From an uncultured Bdellovibrionales bacterium (GTDB lineage: Bacteria > Patescibacteriota > Minisyncoccia > Moranbacterales > UBA1568), in contig CAZCTF010000001.1 in the NCBI GenBank assembly GCA_964501755.1, forward strand, positions 1,314-40,579: a stretch of DNA of 39,266 nt, read 5' to 3'. Each line of letters starts with the position of its first letter. The first letter of the stretch is position 1. Under the pieces are notes generated by a model. The model was given only the letters and a program-made list of their open reading frames with translations, ran no database searches and was not told the origin of the DNA. Of this stretch, positions 1 to 8,721 are shown one piece after another. The position numbers and the translations under genes were made by a program.

Positions 1-546
1 TTGCCCGAAAGCGATGCTGCGATTATCACCGAAGACAAGGAGATTGCGAACTATTTCGAGTCGGTCGTGAGTGAACTCGGCGCCAAGAAAGATGGAGAAG
101 AGCTCAGGGCCGATGTTGTGAAGGCCATCAAGCTCGCCGCGAATTATTTCATTACTGAAGTTCGGAAGCATCTCTCCGAAACCGGAAAGTCGATTGGCGA
201 GTTCATCGTGACACCAGAAAACTTCGCAGAATTCGTTGTGGTCGTTACTGATGGGACGATCAATTCGAGTGCGGCCCAGACGGTCCTCGCGGAGATGTAC
301 CGGGGTGAAGACAATGATCCATCGCATATCATCGAGCGGCTGAATCTCGCCCAGATGAGCGATACCGGAGAATTGGAGGCGGTTGTGGACGCTATCCTCG
401 CGGCGAACGCGCAGTCCGTCGCGGATTTCAAAGCTGGTAAACAAAACGCGCTTCAGTATCTGGTCGGCCAAGTGATGAAGGAGACGAAAGGCAAAGCCAA
501 TCCCGGCGTTGCCAAAGAGCTCCTCGAAAAGAAGCTTACTGCCTAG
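1..546 (+). CDS. gatB: Asp/Glu-tRNA amidotransferase subunit B, C-terminal part (5' end outside window)
   Basis: Open from window edge to TAG at 544-546; GatB/YqeY-type C-terminal domain (NALQYLVGQVMKETKGKANPGVAKELLEKKL). Confidence 0.85.
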   Translation: MPESDAAIITEDKEIANYFESVVSELGAKKDGEELRADVVKAIKLAANYFITEVRKHLSETGKSIGEFIVTPENFAEFVVVVTDGTINSSAAQTVLAEMYRGEDNDPSHIIERLNLAQMSDTGELEAVVDAILAANAQSVADFKAGKQNALQYLVGQVMKETKGKANPGVAKELLEKKLTA

Positions 547-556
547 TTGTACCTTT

Positions 557-1153
557 ATGCAGCAAGTCGTGGTCATCGGCGGCGGCGATGCGTTCGACAC
601 ATATGATGAATATCTCGCTGCGCTCCGTGAGCGTACATTCGACTTAGAGCGCCTCAGAGGAAAGGGGTGGAAGTCATCTCTCGGCTTGGCGCTTGGAGAG
701 AGGTTTGATGTGCTTTCGCTCCGTATGCCATGCCCAGATAATGCGAAGTATCTCGAATGGAAAATCATTTTTGAGAAACTTCTTCCGCTCCTTTCCAAGC
801 CGACGATATTTGTCGGTCATTCGCTCGGGGGGATTTTTCTCGCTAAATATTTTTCTGAAGCAGCCACTTTTGAACGGGTAAAGGCGCTTTTCCTCGTGGC
901 GGCACCGTACGATGCAGGAAACGAGTATTCGCTGGCGGATTTTTCGATTACGGATGATTTAAAAGGTTTGAGATCTTCGGGTATCCCTGTGCACTTGTAT
1001 CAGAGCGAGGATGATACGATTGTCCAGTACTCGAATCTGGAGCGATACATGCGAGCCCTACCGTCAGCTGTGCAACATCCCTTCGTTGATCGCTGGCATT
1101 TTGTTCAAGAAGAATTTCCCGAGCTTGTCCAAGATATTCTTTCGCTTCAGTAA
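557..1153 (+). CDS. alpha/beta-fold serine hydrolase (YdeN/RBBP9-like)
   Basis: ATG at 557 in frame with ORF 509..1153; nucleophile elbow VGHSLGG; start chosen just after gatB stop. Confidence 0.6.
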   Translation: MQQVVVIGGGDAFDTYDEYLAALRERTFDLERLRGKGWKSSLGLALGERFDVLSLRMPCPDNAKYLEWKIIFEKLLPLLSKPTIFVGHSLGGIFLAKYFSEAATFERVKALFLVAAPYDAGNEYSLADFSITDDLKGLRSSGIPVHLYQSEDDTIVQYSNLERYMRALPSAVQHPFVDRWHFVQEEFPELVQDILSLQ

Positions 1154-1155
1154 AA

Positions 1156-1177
1156 AACGCTACCGACGGGCAGTGTT
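1156..1177. terminator. candidate bidirectional terminator hairpin between convergent genes
   Basis: aacgctaccgacgggcagtgtt forms about a 9-bp stem (one mismatch, one G-U) flanked by an A-run on the left and a T-run on the right. Confidence 0.4.
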
Positions 1178-1178
1178 T

Positions 1179-2072
1179 TTATTTGACGATGGCGAGGGCT
1201 TCGGCAAGGTCTTTGATCCAGTGAATCTTCACACCTTGCTTTTCCAGTCGCCGGAGCGACGAGCGCTGGCGTTTGGCATAGTGGATGATATCGTAGGGGA
1301 GCTTGGCATACAGCTCGGCATCGGTGATCTTTTTCTGGAGGAAACGAACCAGCGCGCGATACTCGAGCCCGAATGACTCGAGTCGCTCATAGGAAAGTCC
1401 GCCCCGGTTCAGCTTCACCGTTTCTTCCAACATGCCGGCTTTCATCCGGGCCATGAAGCGTTCGCGGATTTTCCGATTCAGTTCTTCGACTGCGGGGTTC
1501 AGCCCGATGACGATATAGCGCGAGAGATCGGGGAGAATGGACCGATCAATCACGGGGACTTTGCCGAGCGCCTTGGCGATCTCGATGGCACGGAGCAGTC
1601 GGACTTTATTTGCTTTGTCAATTGTTTTGGCACGCTCTGGGTCCAGCCGCTTCAGATAGCCGTAGAGTTCGCCAACGTCTTTCTTACCCCATTTTTCGCG
1701 GAACACTGGATCGGGGATGACCTTCGGGAGTGGGAGTCCAAGCATGAGTGCCTCGATCCAAAACGTAGTGCCGCCACAGATGATCACGCGTTTGCCGCGC
1801 GCCTCGATGTCGGCAATCGCTTTCGCAGCGTCGGCGAGGAAATGAGAGACATTGTATTCGATTTTTGGGTTGGCAATATCGATGAGGTGATGAGGGGCCT
1901 GCCGCTGCTCCTCTTTCGTTACTTTGCCGGTACCGAGATCCATCCCGCGGTAGACTTGCCGGCTGTCAGCCGAAACAATCTCGGCGCCGATGGTGCGAGC
2001 GAGCTCGATCGCGAGGGAGGACTTCCCCGAGGCAGTCGGTCCGACGACGATGATGATTGGTGGTTTTTCCAT
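1179..2072 (-). CDS. miaA: tRNA dimethylallyltransferase
   Basis: P-loop VVGPTASGKSSLAIELA, DSRQVYRGMDLGT motif; ATG at 2072 preferred over TTG at 2081. Confidence 0.9.
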   Translation of the reverse strand: MEKPPIIIVVGPTASGKSSLAIELARTIGAEIVSADSRQVYRGMDLGTGKVTKEEQRQAPHHLIDIANPKIEYNVSHFLADAAKAIADIEARGKRVIICGGTTFWIEALMLGLPLPKVIPDPVFREKWGKKDVGELYGYLKRLDPERAKTIDKANKVRLLRAIEIAKALGKVPVIDRSILPDLSRYIVIGLNPAVEELNRKIRERFMARMKAGMLEETVKLNRGGLSYERLESFGLEYRALVRFLQKKITDAELYAKLPYDIIHYAKRQRSSLRRLEKQGVKIHWIKDLAEALAIVK

Positions 2073-2112
2073 AAGTGACAACTATACCCTGAAAAATAAA
2101 TTTTGGAAAGAC

Positions 2113-5100
2113 TCAAGGGTTCTGGTCCTCGATTTTGGTCACGCCAGGAAGCACCTCGAGTGCCTTGATTGCCGCCTCGCTTTTTTCGATCGAGAACGAG
2201 GTTTGAATGGTCTGACCAAGGAGCCGGAGCGTGATGCCAACCGGTCCTGGCGGCAAATGGCGCAGCGTTTTCCCGATCTCGTCGAAGAGCCGGGAGTCGG
2301 CGGTGTCGGCACAGTGGATTGCGAGGTGCACTTTCGTCGGTTTCGGTTCCTCAACCTTGCCGTACTGGTATTTTTCATGAGTCTTGGCCACGCGCGCAAA
2401 TTCAGAAACAGTCTCGATACTCATTCGGCGCACATCATCAGCTGCCAGGCGGAGCAGCCCGTCTTTCCGAGCGACTTTCAGATCGATCATCACGATTTCA
2501 TCCTCATTCATGAGTCCGGCGGTACGCTCGGCTGTTTTGCCGAAGACAAGGATGTCGATGCGGCCAGTCATGTCTTCGAGTGTGACGAAATAGAGCGGCT
2601 GGCCGGTCTTCGAGAGCGACTTGCGCGCGCTCGTGATAACACCGCCGATGCTGACGCGCTTGCCGTCTGACTCTTTTTCGAGGTGGCCGATCTCGGTTGC
2701 GGCTTTCTTCAGGTACTCGGCGAATTCCGCCATTGGATGGTCGGTTACATACAGACCGAGGAGTTCTTTTTCCCAGGCCAGTCGTTCCTTTTTGGTCGAG
2801 CGGACCGTTTCTTTCAACGGAATTCTCATTTCAGGCAGCGGCATATCGCCGAAGAGGCTTTGACCATGGGTCTCTTTCAGGGTGCGGAGTTCTTTGCCAT
2901 GGGCGATGATGGCATCGAGATTGTCGAGAACGATCTTGCGTTCCGAGAGACTGTCGAACGCGCCGACTTTGGCGAGTGCTTCGATCGTGCGCTTGTTCAA
3001 GTCTTTCGTTTGGACACGATCCATGAAATCCTCAAGTGAAGTATATTTGCTGCCACGCTTCCGTTCTGCGACGATCTCCTCGGCTGCCATGGTGCCAACA
3101 TTCTTGATCGCATTTAGCCCAAAGCGGATGTGCTCTTTGCCATCGTCGCCCTTGATGACGGCGAAGGTGTCGAAGGATTCGTTCACATCCGGCGGGAGGA
3201 CGTCGATGCCGATTTCGCGCGCCTCGCGGACCTCGATCGCGATGCGGTCTGTGTCGCCCTGGTCGCTCGTGAGGAGCGCAGCCATGAATTCCGCCGGGAA
3301 GTGTGCCTTGAGGTAGGCGGTCTGATACCCGATGAGCGCGTAGCAGGCCGCATGGGAGCGATTGAAACCGTAGCCAGCGAATGGTTCGATGAAGGCAAAG
3401 ACCTTCTCGCCGATGGCACGGCCGACGCCAGTCTTCTCGCAGCCCTCGACGAATTTTACCCGCTGGCCATCAACGAGCTCCTTGATCTTCTTGCCGACCG
3501 CTTTGCGGAGCACGTCGGCTTCACCGAGAGAGAATCCGGCGAGATCGCGTGCGATCTGCATGAGCTGTTCCTGGTAGACCGCAACACCGTAGGTATTCTT
3601 CAGAATTGGCTCGAGCTTCGGATGGAGATACTTCACTTCGCGCGTCCCGTGTTTCCCGGCGATGAAGTCCGGGATGTATTCCATCGGACCTGGTCGATAG
3701 AGCGCGACCATCGCGATGATGTCTTCGAAGACTGTCGGTTTCAATTGCTTCAGGTAGCGTTTCATACCCGTCGATTCGAGTTGGAACACCCCTGTCGTGT
3801 GCGCTTCCTGCAGAACCTTATAGGCGGCTTCGTCGTCGAGCTCGAGTTTCTCGATGTCGGGCACCTCTTTGCCGACTTTCTTGGCAATCTTGAGCGTATT
3901 TTCGATGATGGTGAGGTTCTTCAATCCGAGGAAGTCCATCTTGAGGAGACCGATCTTTTCGACAGCATTCGCCTTGGTCGAGGAAGCGTACTGGGTGACA
4001 ACGGCGTTCTCGCTACCGGCGACCCGCTGAAGTGGCGTGTACTCGGTGACCGGGTCCTTGGTAATAACGACACCACAGGCGTGCATTGATGCATGGCGCG
4101 CGAGCCCTTCGATTTTCTTGGCGGCATCGACGAGTCGGCGCACCTCGCTCGAGCTTTCGTAATGCGATTTGAATTCGGGTACGCCCTCGAGTGCTTCCGC
4201 GATCGAGGTGAACATGGGAATCATCTTGGCCGTCCGGTCGCAGAGTTCGAGCGGGATACCGAGGGCGCGGCCGACATCGCGGATACTGCCGCGAGCCGCC
4301 ATGGTTCCAAATGTGATGATCTGAGCGACATGGTCGGCGCCATAGCGCTGTCGGACATAGTCGAGTACATCTTCGCGGCGGGTATCAGCGAAGTCCATAT
4401 CGACGTCCGGCATGGAGATACGCTCCGGATTGAGGAAGCGTTCGAAGAGGAGGTCGTACTTGATCGGATCGAGGTTGGTAATGCCAGTAAGGTAGGCGAC
4501 GAAGGATCCTGCAGCTGAACCACGACCGGGGCCGACGACGACGCCGTTATTCTTTGCCCAGTTCACGAAATCAGCCACGATGAGGAAGTATGAGGCGAAG
4601 CCAGTCTTTTCGATGACCGAAAGCTCGTAGTTCATACGCTCCTCGCGATCGGGGGTGAGGGTCTCGCCCGGATAGCGCTTCTCGAGTCCGGCGAGGCAGA
4701 GTTCGCGGAGGTATCCATCGGCGGTTTTCCCTGGAGGGAGAGGAAAAGAGGGGAGCTGGTTCTCGCCCATCTTGAGTTCGAAATCGCAGAGCGCCGCGAT
4801 TTTTTCTGTATTGTCGATTGCTTCGGGAAGATCATGAAAGAGCTCGCGCATTTCAGCTTCGCTCCGGAACGAGAGGTCGAATGCTTTCATGCTGAAGCGT
4901 TCGGTGTCGGTCACTTTCTTGTTGTCACGGATGGCGAGGAGGACATCCTGCGTCTCAGTATCCTCAGGGCGGATATAGTGGACGTCATTGGTCGCAACGA
5001 GCGGAATACCAGTTTCGCGCGATATCTGGACCAGTCCCTGATTGGCCGCGATCTGGTTCTCGTGCTCATGCGGCTGAACTTCGAGGTAGAAATTCCCCGG

Positions 5101-5598
5101 GCCGAAGATATCCTGGTATTCGAGCGCAACGTTTTTTGCACGTTCGACATTGCCATAGAGCGTTTCGGCCGGTACTTCCCCCGGGAGCGAGCCGGAGAGA
5201 GCGATGAGTCCCTCGTGGTACTCGCGGAGGAGTGCCTTGTCGGTGCGTGCCTTGTAATAAAATCCCTCGAGTTGGGCGATCGAGATGATCTTCATGAGGT
5301 TCTTGTACCCGGTCTCATTTTTCACCAGGAGGACGAGCTGATTGCGCCGCCGGTCCTCGGCAGTATTGTTCTTGCTGCGGAGGTCTTTGGACACCCAGAC
5401 CTCGGCGCCGATGATCGGTTTTATACCGGCGTCTTTGGCATGGCTATAGAATTCGACTGCCGCATAGAGCGCCGAGGTGTCAGTGAGGGCGAGTGCCGTC
5501 ATGCCAAGTTCCTGGGCTTTGGTGATCAACTGATCCGGTGTCGGGAGTGCGGTCAGGAGGGTATAGTGCGAGTGGGTGTGGAGGTGGACGAAGCCCAT
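2113..5598 (-). CDS. dnaE: DNA polymerase III alpha subunit
   Basis: PHP-domain N-terminus MGFVHLHTHSHYTLL begins at ATG 5598; about 1161 aa with polymerase core and OB-fold region; the upstream 125 codons of the ORF run through repeats and look non-coding. Confidence 0.95.
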   Translation of the reverse strand: MGFVHLHTHSHYTLLTALPTPDQLITKAQELGMTALALTDTSALYAAVEFYSHAKDAGIKPIIGAEVWVSKDLRSKNNTAEDRRRNQLVLLVKNETGYKNLMKIISIAQLEGFYYKARTDKALLREYHEGLIALSGSLPGEVPAETLYGNVERAKNVALEYQDIFGPGNFYLEVQPHEHENQIAANQGLVQISRETGIPLVATNDVHYIRPEDTETQDVLLAIRDNKKVTDTERFSMKAFDLSFRSEAEMRELFHDLPEAIDNTEKIAALCDFELKMGENQLPSFPLPPGKTADGYLRELCLAGLEKRYPGETLTPDREERMNYELSVIEKTGFASYFLIVADFVNWAKNNGVVVGPGRGSAAGSFVAYLTGITNLDPIKYDLLFERFLNPERISMPDVDMDFADTRREDVLDYVRQRYGADHVAQIITFGTMAARGSIRDVGRALGIPLELCDRTAKMIPMFTSIAEALEGVPEFKSHYESSSEVRRLVDAAKKIEGLARHASMHACGVVITKDPVTEYTPLQRVAGSENAVVTQYASSTKANAVEKIGLLKMDFLGLKNLTIIENTLKIAKKVGKEVPDIEKLELDDEAAYKVLQEAHTTGVFQLESTGMKRYLKQLKPTVFEDIIAMVALYRPGPMEYIPDFIAGKHGTREVKYLHPKLEPILKNTYGVAVYQEQLMQIARDLAGFSLGEADVLRKAVGKKIKELVDGQRVKFVEGCEKTGVGRAIGEKVFAFIEPFAGYGFNRSHAACYALIGYQTAYLKAHFPAEFMAALLTSDQGDTDRIAIEVREAREIGIDVLPPDVNESFDTFAVIKGDDGKEHIRFGLNAIKNVGTMAAEEIVAERKRGSKYTSLEDFMDRVQTKDLNKRTIEALAKVGAFDSLSERKIVLDNLDAIIAHGKELRTLKETHGQSLFGDMPLPEMRIPLKETVRSTKKERLAWEKELLGLYVTDHPMAEFAEYLKKAATEIGHLEKESDGKRVSIGGVITSARKSLSKTGQPLYFVTLEDMTGRIDILVFGKTAERTAGLMNEDEIVMIDLKVARKDGLLRLAADDVRRMSIETVSEFARVAKTHEKYQYGKVEEPKPTKVHLAIHCADTADSRLFDEIGKTLRHLPPGPVGITLRLLGQTIQTSFSIEKSEAAIKALEVLPGVTKIEDQNP

Positions 5599-5605
5599 AG
5601 AGGTT

Positions 5606-5637
5606 AGAATGGAGAATGGAGAATGGAGAATGGAGAA
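5606..5637. repeat. tandem heptamer (AGAATGG) x4.5 in the dnaE 5' leader
   Basis: agaatgg agaatgg agaatgg agaatgg agaa read directly; on the dnaE strand it is (CCATTCT)n ending 7 nt before the ATG. Confidence 0.9.
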
Positions 5638-5653
5638 ACAAAGAAAAATACTT

Positions 5654-5681
5654 GAAATTCTTGATTCGAAATTCTTGATTC
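5654..5681. repeat. perfect tandem 14-mer x2 (gaaattcttgattc)
   Basis: 5654-5667 and 5668-5681 are identical; located about 55-85 nt upstream of the dnaE start. Confidence 0.9.
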
Positions 5682-5825
5682 TTCCAACAAAAAATCGCCA
5701 ATCGACATGAAGGGCGAAACTCTGAATGAAAGTAGAAATGTTGACATAAGGTGATTCCCTCAAATGTCCGGCTCGCGCTCTGGACTTTGCAGGGAGGTTA
5801 CTTGCGTTTAGTTTACCAGTTATGA

Positions 5826-5860
5826 AGGAAAGAAAAAAGCTGTCCAGGGGCCGGGACAGC
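5826..5860 (-). terminator. Rho-independent terminator of the 120-aa gene
   Basis: On the minus strand GCTGTCC-cggcccct-GGACAGC is followed by TTTTTTCTTTCC, 34 nt after the stop at 5894. Confidence 0.6.
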
Positions 5861-5893
5861 AGCGGCGTATCGGTTGGTCTGAGGACCCAGTCG

Positions 5894-6256
5894 TCAGGTT
5901 TCGAGCCTGTCGTACTGCGGCATCCAAGGCTTCCCAGCCTGGGGACCGAGGAGCCGCGTTTTGGCGACCTCACTGGTCATCATTTGCCGACGCCGGTGGA
6001 GGAGTCGCTGGAGAAGTTTCGTGTAGATATTCCCTGGAGAAACGATCTCCCAGAAGAATTGCTTCACGAGTTCCGCGACTTGCTCGACAGTCAACCAGAC
6101 TTGTACTTCGGTCGTCTCCTGTGAACCCTCAACGAGCTTGCATTGACAAATGCCGACGCACAACCTGGCGGTATGGTTCTCCTCTTCCACACCGTGAGTT
6201 TTCCCGAGGTAAACTGCGGAGTTCTCGGTGGAGTCGAAAATGAAAGAACTAGACAT
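5894..6256 (-). CDS. hypothetical protein (120 aa)
   Basis: ATG at 6256 preceded by GAGGAGAG Shine-Dalgarno; own terminator; no family recognised. Confidence 0.5.
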   Translation of the reverse strand: MSSSFIFDSTENSAVYLGKTHGVEEENHTARLCVGICQCKLVEGSQETTEVQVWLTVEQVAELVKQFFWEIVSPGNIYTKLLQRLLHRRRQMMTSEVAKTRLLGPQAGKPWMPQYDRLET

Positions 6257-6395
6257 GGCGCTCTCCTCAGAGCTGGGAAATTCCGGAACGGAACTTCTAC
6301 CAGAAGGACAGTATAGCATAAAAATGCCTCAAGTCAATAGTAAAATTGTGGTGCTTTTTGGCTGTAGATAGCCATGTGTGTGCTATCATTTTCAC

Positions 6396-7124
6396 ATGCA
6401 ACTTCCGACATTTGAGCGAGAAAAAGCATGCGCTGAAGGTGGCCTTATTTCGATTGGTATTGATGAGGCTGGACGGGGGCCACTCGCGGGGCCGGTCGTG
6501 GCGGCAGCAGTCACTTTGAAGAATGTGGAATATGGAACGTTGAATGTCGGCAAAGAGGAAGAGGATGCACGATGGAAATTGGTGCGGGATTCCAAGAAGC
6601 TGTCAGAGAAACAGCGCGAAGAGGCCTTTGCTTTTGTTCAAGAACACTTTTATGTTGGTATCGGAATTGTCTCAGCCGAGACGATTGATCGGGTGAATAT
6701 CCTGCAGGCGACGTTTCTCGCGATGCGTTCCGCAATTTCTGAATTGCGGAGAATCATGAATCAAGAATTAGGAATAAGGGGGGAAGAAAAGATGATTCTC
6801 TTGATTGATGGGAATCAGGAACTCCCGAATCTCTCGCTCCAACAGACGACAGTGGTAGATGGCGACGCTTTCGTGAAGTCGATTGCAGCGGCATCCATCA
6901 TCGCAAAAGTGACGCGCGACCGGCTCATCATCCTGGCTGATCATGAGTATCCGGCCTATGGTTTTGCTCGGCACAAGGGCTATGGGACCAAGGAGCACAT
7001 GGACGCGCTCCGGAAATACGGCCCGACCCCGATCCACCGGAAAAGCTTCCGCCCTGTCCAACTCTCCAATCCTGAGACCGTCAATAAACGGTTTTCGAAT
7101 GTGTTGAAGCAAAAAAAGAAGTAA
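6396..7124 (+). CDS. rnhB: ribonuclease HII
   Basis: IGIDEAGRGPLAGPVV, DSKKLS, IAAASIIAKVTRD, HKGYGT motifs; ATG 6396 preferred over GTG 6378. Confidence 0.9.
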   Translation: MQLPTFEREKACAEGGLISIGIDEAGRGPLAGPVVAAAVTLKNVEYGTLNVGKEEEDARWKLVRDSKKLSEKQREEAFAFVQEHFYVGIGIVSAETIDRVNILQATFLAMRSAISELRRIMNQELGIRGEEKMILLIDGNQELPNLSLQQTTVVDGDAFVKSIAAASIIAKVTRDRLIILADHEYPAYGFARHKGYGTKEHMDALRKYGPTPIHRKSFRPVQLSNPETVNKRFSNVLKQKKK

Positions 7125-7176
7125 AAAAATCGCAGCCTATTATTGAGCGGGCTGGAGCGCTAAGACCGAGCTTGAT

Positions 7177-7374
7177 TCAGGCGGACAGTTCGCCAGTGAG
7201 CCAATTGAACTTTTTGGCCCACATGTAGAGCTCAATTTCCTGCTCGTTGAGAGTCTCCTTCTCGCGGAGTTTCGCGATTACGGTCTCGAGCCGATTCCGC
7301 TTCAGGATTGCGCTGTTGAGCGCGAACATGGAAAGGATGACACAAACAAAGAGCAAAACAACAAGGACCCACAT
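7177..7374 (-). CDS. small single-pass membrane protein (65 aa)
   Basis: ATG 7374 preceded by GAAGGAA; N-terminal TM helix WVLVVLLFVCVILSMFAL then a charged helix; alternative start 7389. Confidence 0.45.
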   Translation of the reverse strand: MWVLVVLLFVCVILSMFALNSAILKRNRLETVIAKLREKETLNEQEIELYMWAKKFNWLTGELSA

Positions 7375-7611
7375 GGCACATTCCTTCATCTGGAAGTTGG
7401 GAAATTCCAACAGAAGATAATACCATATATTTATGATGGAGTCAATTATGATAGAAATGGCTTTTATAAAGCTAAAAAGAGGACTCAGTGTCACGAAAAA
7501 AATTGCTTGGTGTGGTACCTTGCCAAGAATCGGTCAGTCTGATACTCTAGCGAAGCCTTGTTAGAGGCTTTTTCTATACGCTACAAGCTATTCGCTAACA
7601 GCCCCCTCCTT

Positions 7612-7815
7612 ATGGCTCTCCCCAAACAACGACATACCCACCATCGTCGCGACCGAGCGCGTAAATTCCTCGAGATGAAACCAGTCTCGACGGCCAAATG
7701 CTCGAAGTGCGGCGCAGATGTCCTCCCGCATCGGGCCTGCAAAGAGTGCGGCCACTACAAGGGACGCGAAGTCGTAAAGACCGCTCCGAAATTGAAGAAA
7801 GAAAAGGCCGCGTAA
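7612..7815 (+). CDS. rpmF: 50S ribosomal protein L32
   Basis: MALPKQRHTHHRRDRAR N-terminus and zinc ribbon CSKCG...CKECG. Confidence 0.9.
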   Translation: MALPKQRHTHHRRDRARKFLEMKPVSTAKCSKCGADVLPHRACKECGHYKGREVVKTAPKLKKEKAA

Positions 7816-7975
7816 AGCGGTCTTTGTCTTAGAATGAAGAATGTTGAATCGGGAATGTCGATCAAAATTCATGCTCTACATTCCCCATTCAAAAAACTGA
7901 TTGTAAGGTGCTATACGGTAGAAGGGGAAAAATGTTATACTCGGAACGAACATAATAAAACTGTTCTTTACCGCC

Positions 7976-8518
7976 ATGGCCAATAGACACCTACAGCGTT
8001 CGGTCGTCATGCAGTCTCTCTTTGAATGGGATTTTCAGGGAAAGCACGATGAAAAAGCGCTTGCCGTCCTCCGCAAGAACATGGAGGAATTCGCCCCCGG
8101 ACTCGAGGATTATACTTTCGCGCGGCGCGTGATGGAGAGCGTACTCAAGAATCGCCCGACGATTGATCAGCTGATTGAAAAGTGCGCGCCTGAGTGGCCG
8201 CTCGAACAGGTGACGGTGGTTGATCGCAATATCCTCCGTCTCGGCATCGCCGAACTCATGTTCGGTGACTATGAAGAGGTCCCGCCCAAAGTCGCCATCA
8301 ATGAGGCGATCGAGCTCGGAAAAAGTTTCGGTTCTGATGCGACCCCGCGTTTCGTCAACGGTGTACTCGGTACTATCTATCGCGAGATGGGAGAACCGAT
8401 GAAAGATGACACGAGCGAGAAACACAAAGCCAAGCGGGCGGAAGAAATGAAATCAGAGACGTCAGCTGAGGCTGCCCCCGAAAAAAAAGCGAAGAAAAAA
8501 ACCGCGAAGAGCACCTAG
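7976..8518 (+). CDS. nusB: transcription antitermination factor NusB with Lys/Ala/Glu-rich C-terminal tail
   Basis: RSVVMQSLFEWDF ... DRNILRLGIAELMF ... INEAIELGKSFG ... RFVNGVLG motifs. Confidence 0.85.
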   Translation: MANRHLQRSVVMQSLFEWDFQGKHDEKALAVLRKNMEEFAPGLEDYTFARRVMESVLKNRPTIDQLIEKCAPEWPLEQVTVVDRNILRLGIAELMFGDYEEVPPKVAINEAIELGKSFGSDATPRFVNGVLGTIYREMGEPMKDDTSEKHKAKRAEEMKSETSAEAAPEKKAKKKTAKST

Positions 8519-8683
8519 GGTCTGCGAAAAATTTCTTTTTCGTGACGAGAAAATTGGTGTTTCGAGCGAAAAGCACGAAAGGCGAGGCGGGCTACTTTGT
8601 AGAGTAACCTAACGAGGTTTGAGTGCTTTGTAGCCGAAAGATCGATTTCAAAGTAGAAAAGAGAGGTTTTTCACAGACCCTAG
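8515..8683 (+). promoter_or_regulatory. candidate structured RNA leader between nusB and rnc
   Basis: Outer 17-bp stem ctagggtctgcgaaaaa (8515-8531) / tttttcacagaccctag (8667-8683), one mismatch; inner stem ctactttg (8592-8599) / caaagtag (8649-8656); further local hairpins. Confidence 0.4.
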
Positions 8684-8721
8684 ACAAGGTGCTTTTCTTG
8701 AAAAGATGAGAGCAACGATGT

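Noticed and set aside
5599-5973. N-terminal 125-codon extension of the dnaE ORF (ORF 2113..5973)
   Set aside because: The canonical PHP-domain N-terminus MGFVHLHTHSH starts at ATG 5598. The extension is translated through tandem repeats, a terminator hairpin, and the 3' end of the 5894..6256 gene.
5822-6124. 100-aa plus-strand ORF overlapping the 5894..6256 gene
   Set aside because: It has no RBS and starts inside the minus-strand terminator. The minus-strand ORF has GAGGAG before its ATG and a downstream terminator.
7552-7611. AAGCCT-tgttag-AGGCTT hairpin plus a T-run in the rpmF leader, and a CCTCC (anti-SD-like) sequence just before the ATG, as a possible L32 attenuator
   Set aside because: The stem is short (6 bp) and there is no supporting conservation information. 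It may simply be promoter-proximal sequence.
5606-7860. An apparent family of GAAT-rich motifs linking the dnaE leader repeats, the rnhB insertions and the rpmF 3' region. For example, the 12-mer GAATCAAGAATT is shared between 5654-5681 (minus strand) and 6760-6775. GAAGAATGT..GAAT is shared between 6519-6550 and 7836-7860
   Set aside because: On the order of a hundred exact 12-mer coincidences are expected by chance in a 39-kb window read on both strands, and the motifs are low-complexity. The evidence is not sufficient to call a repeat family without a genome-wide count.
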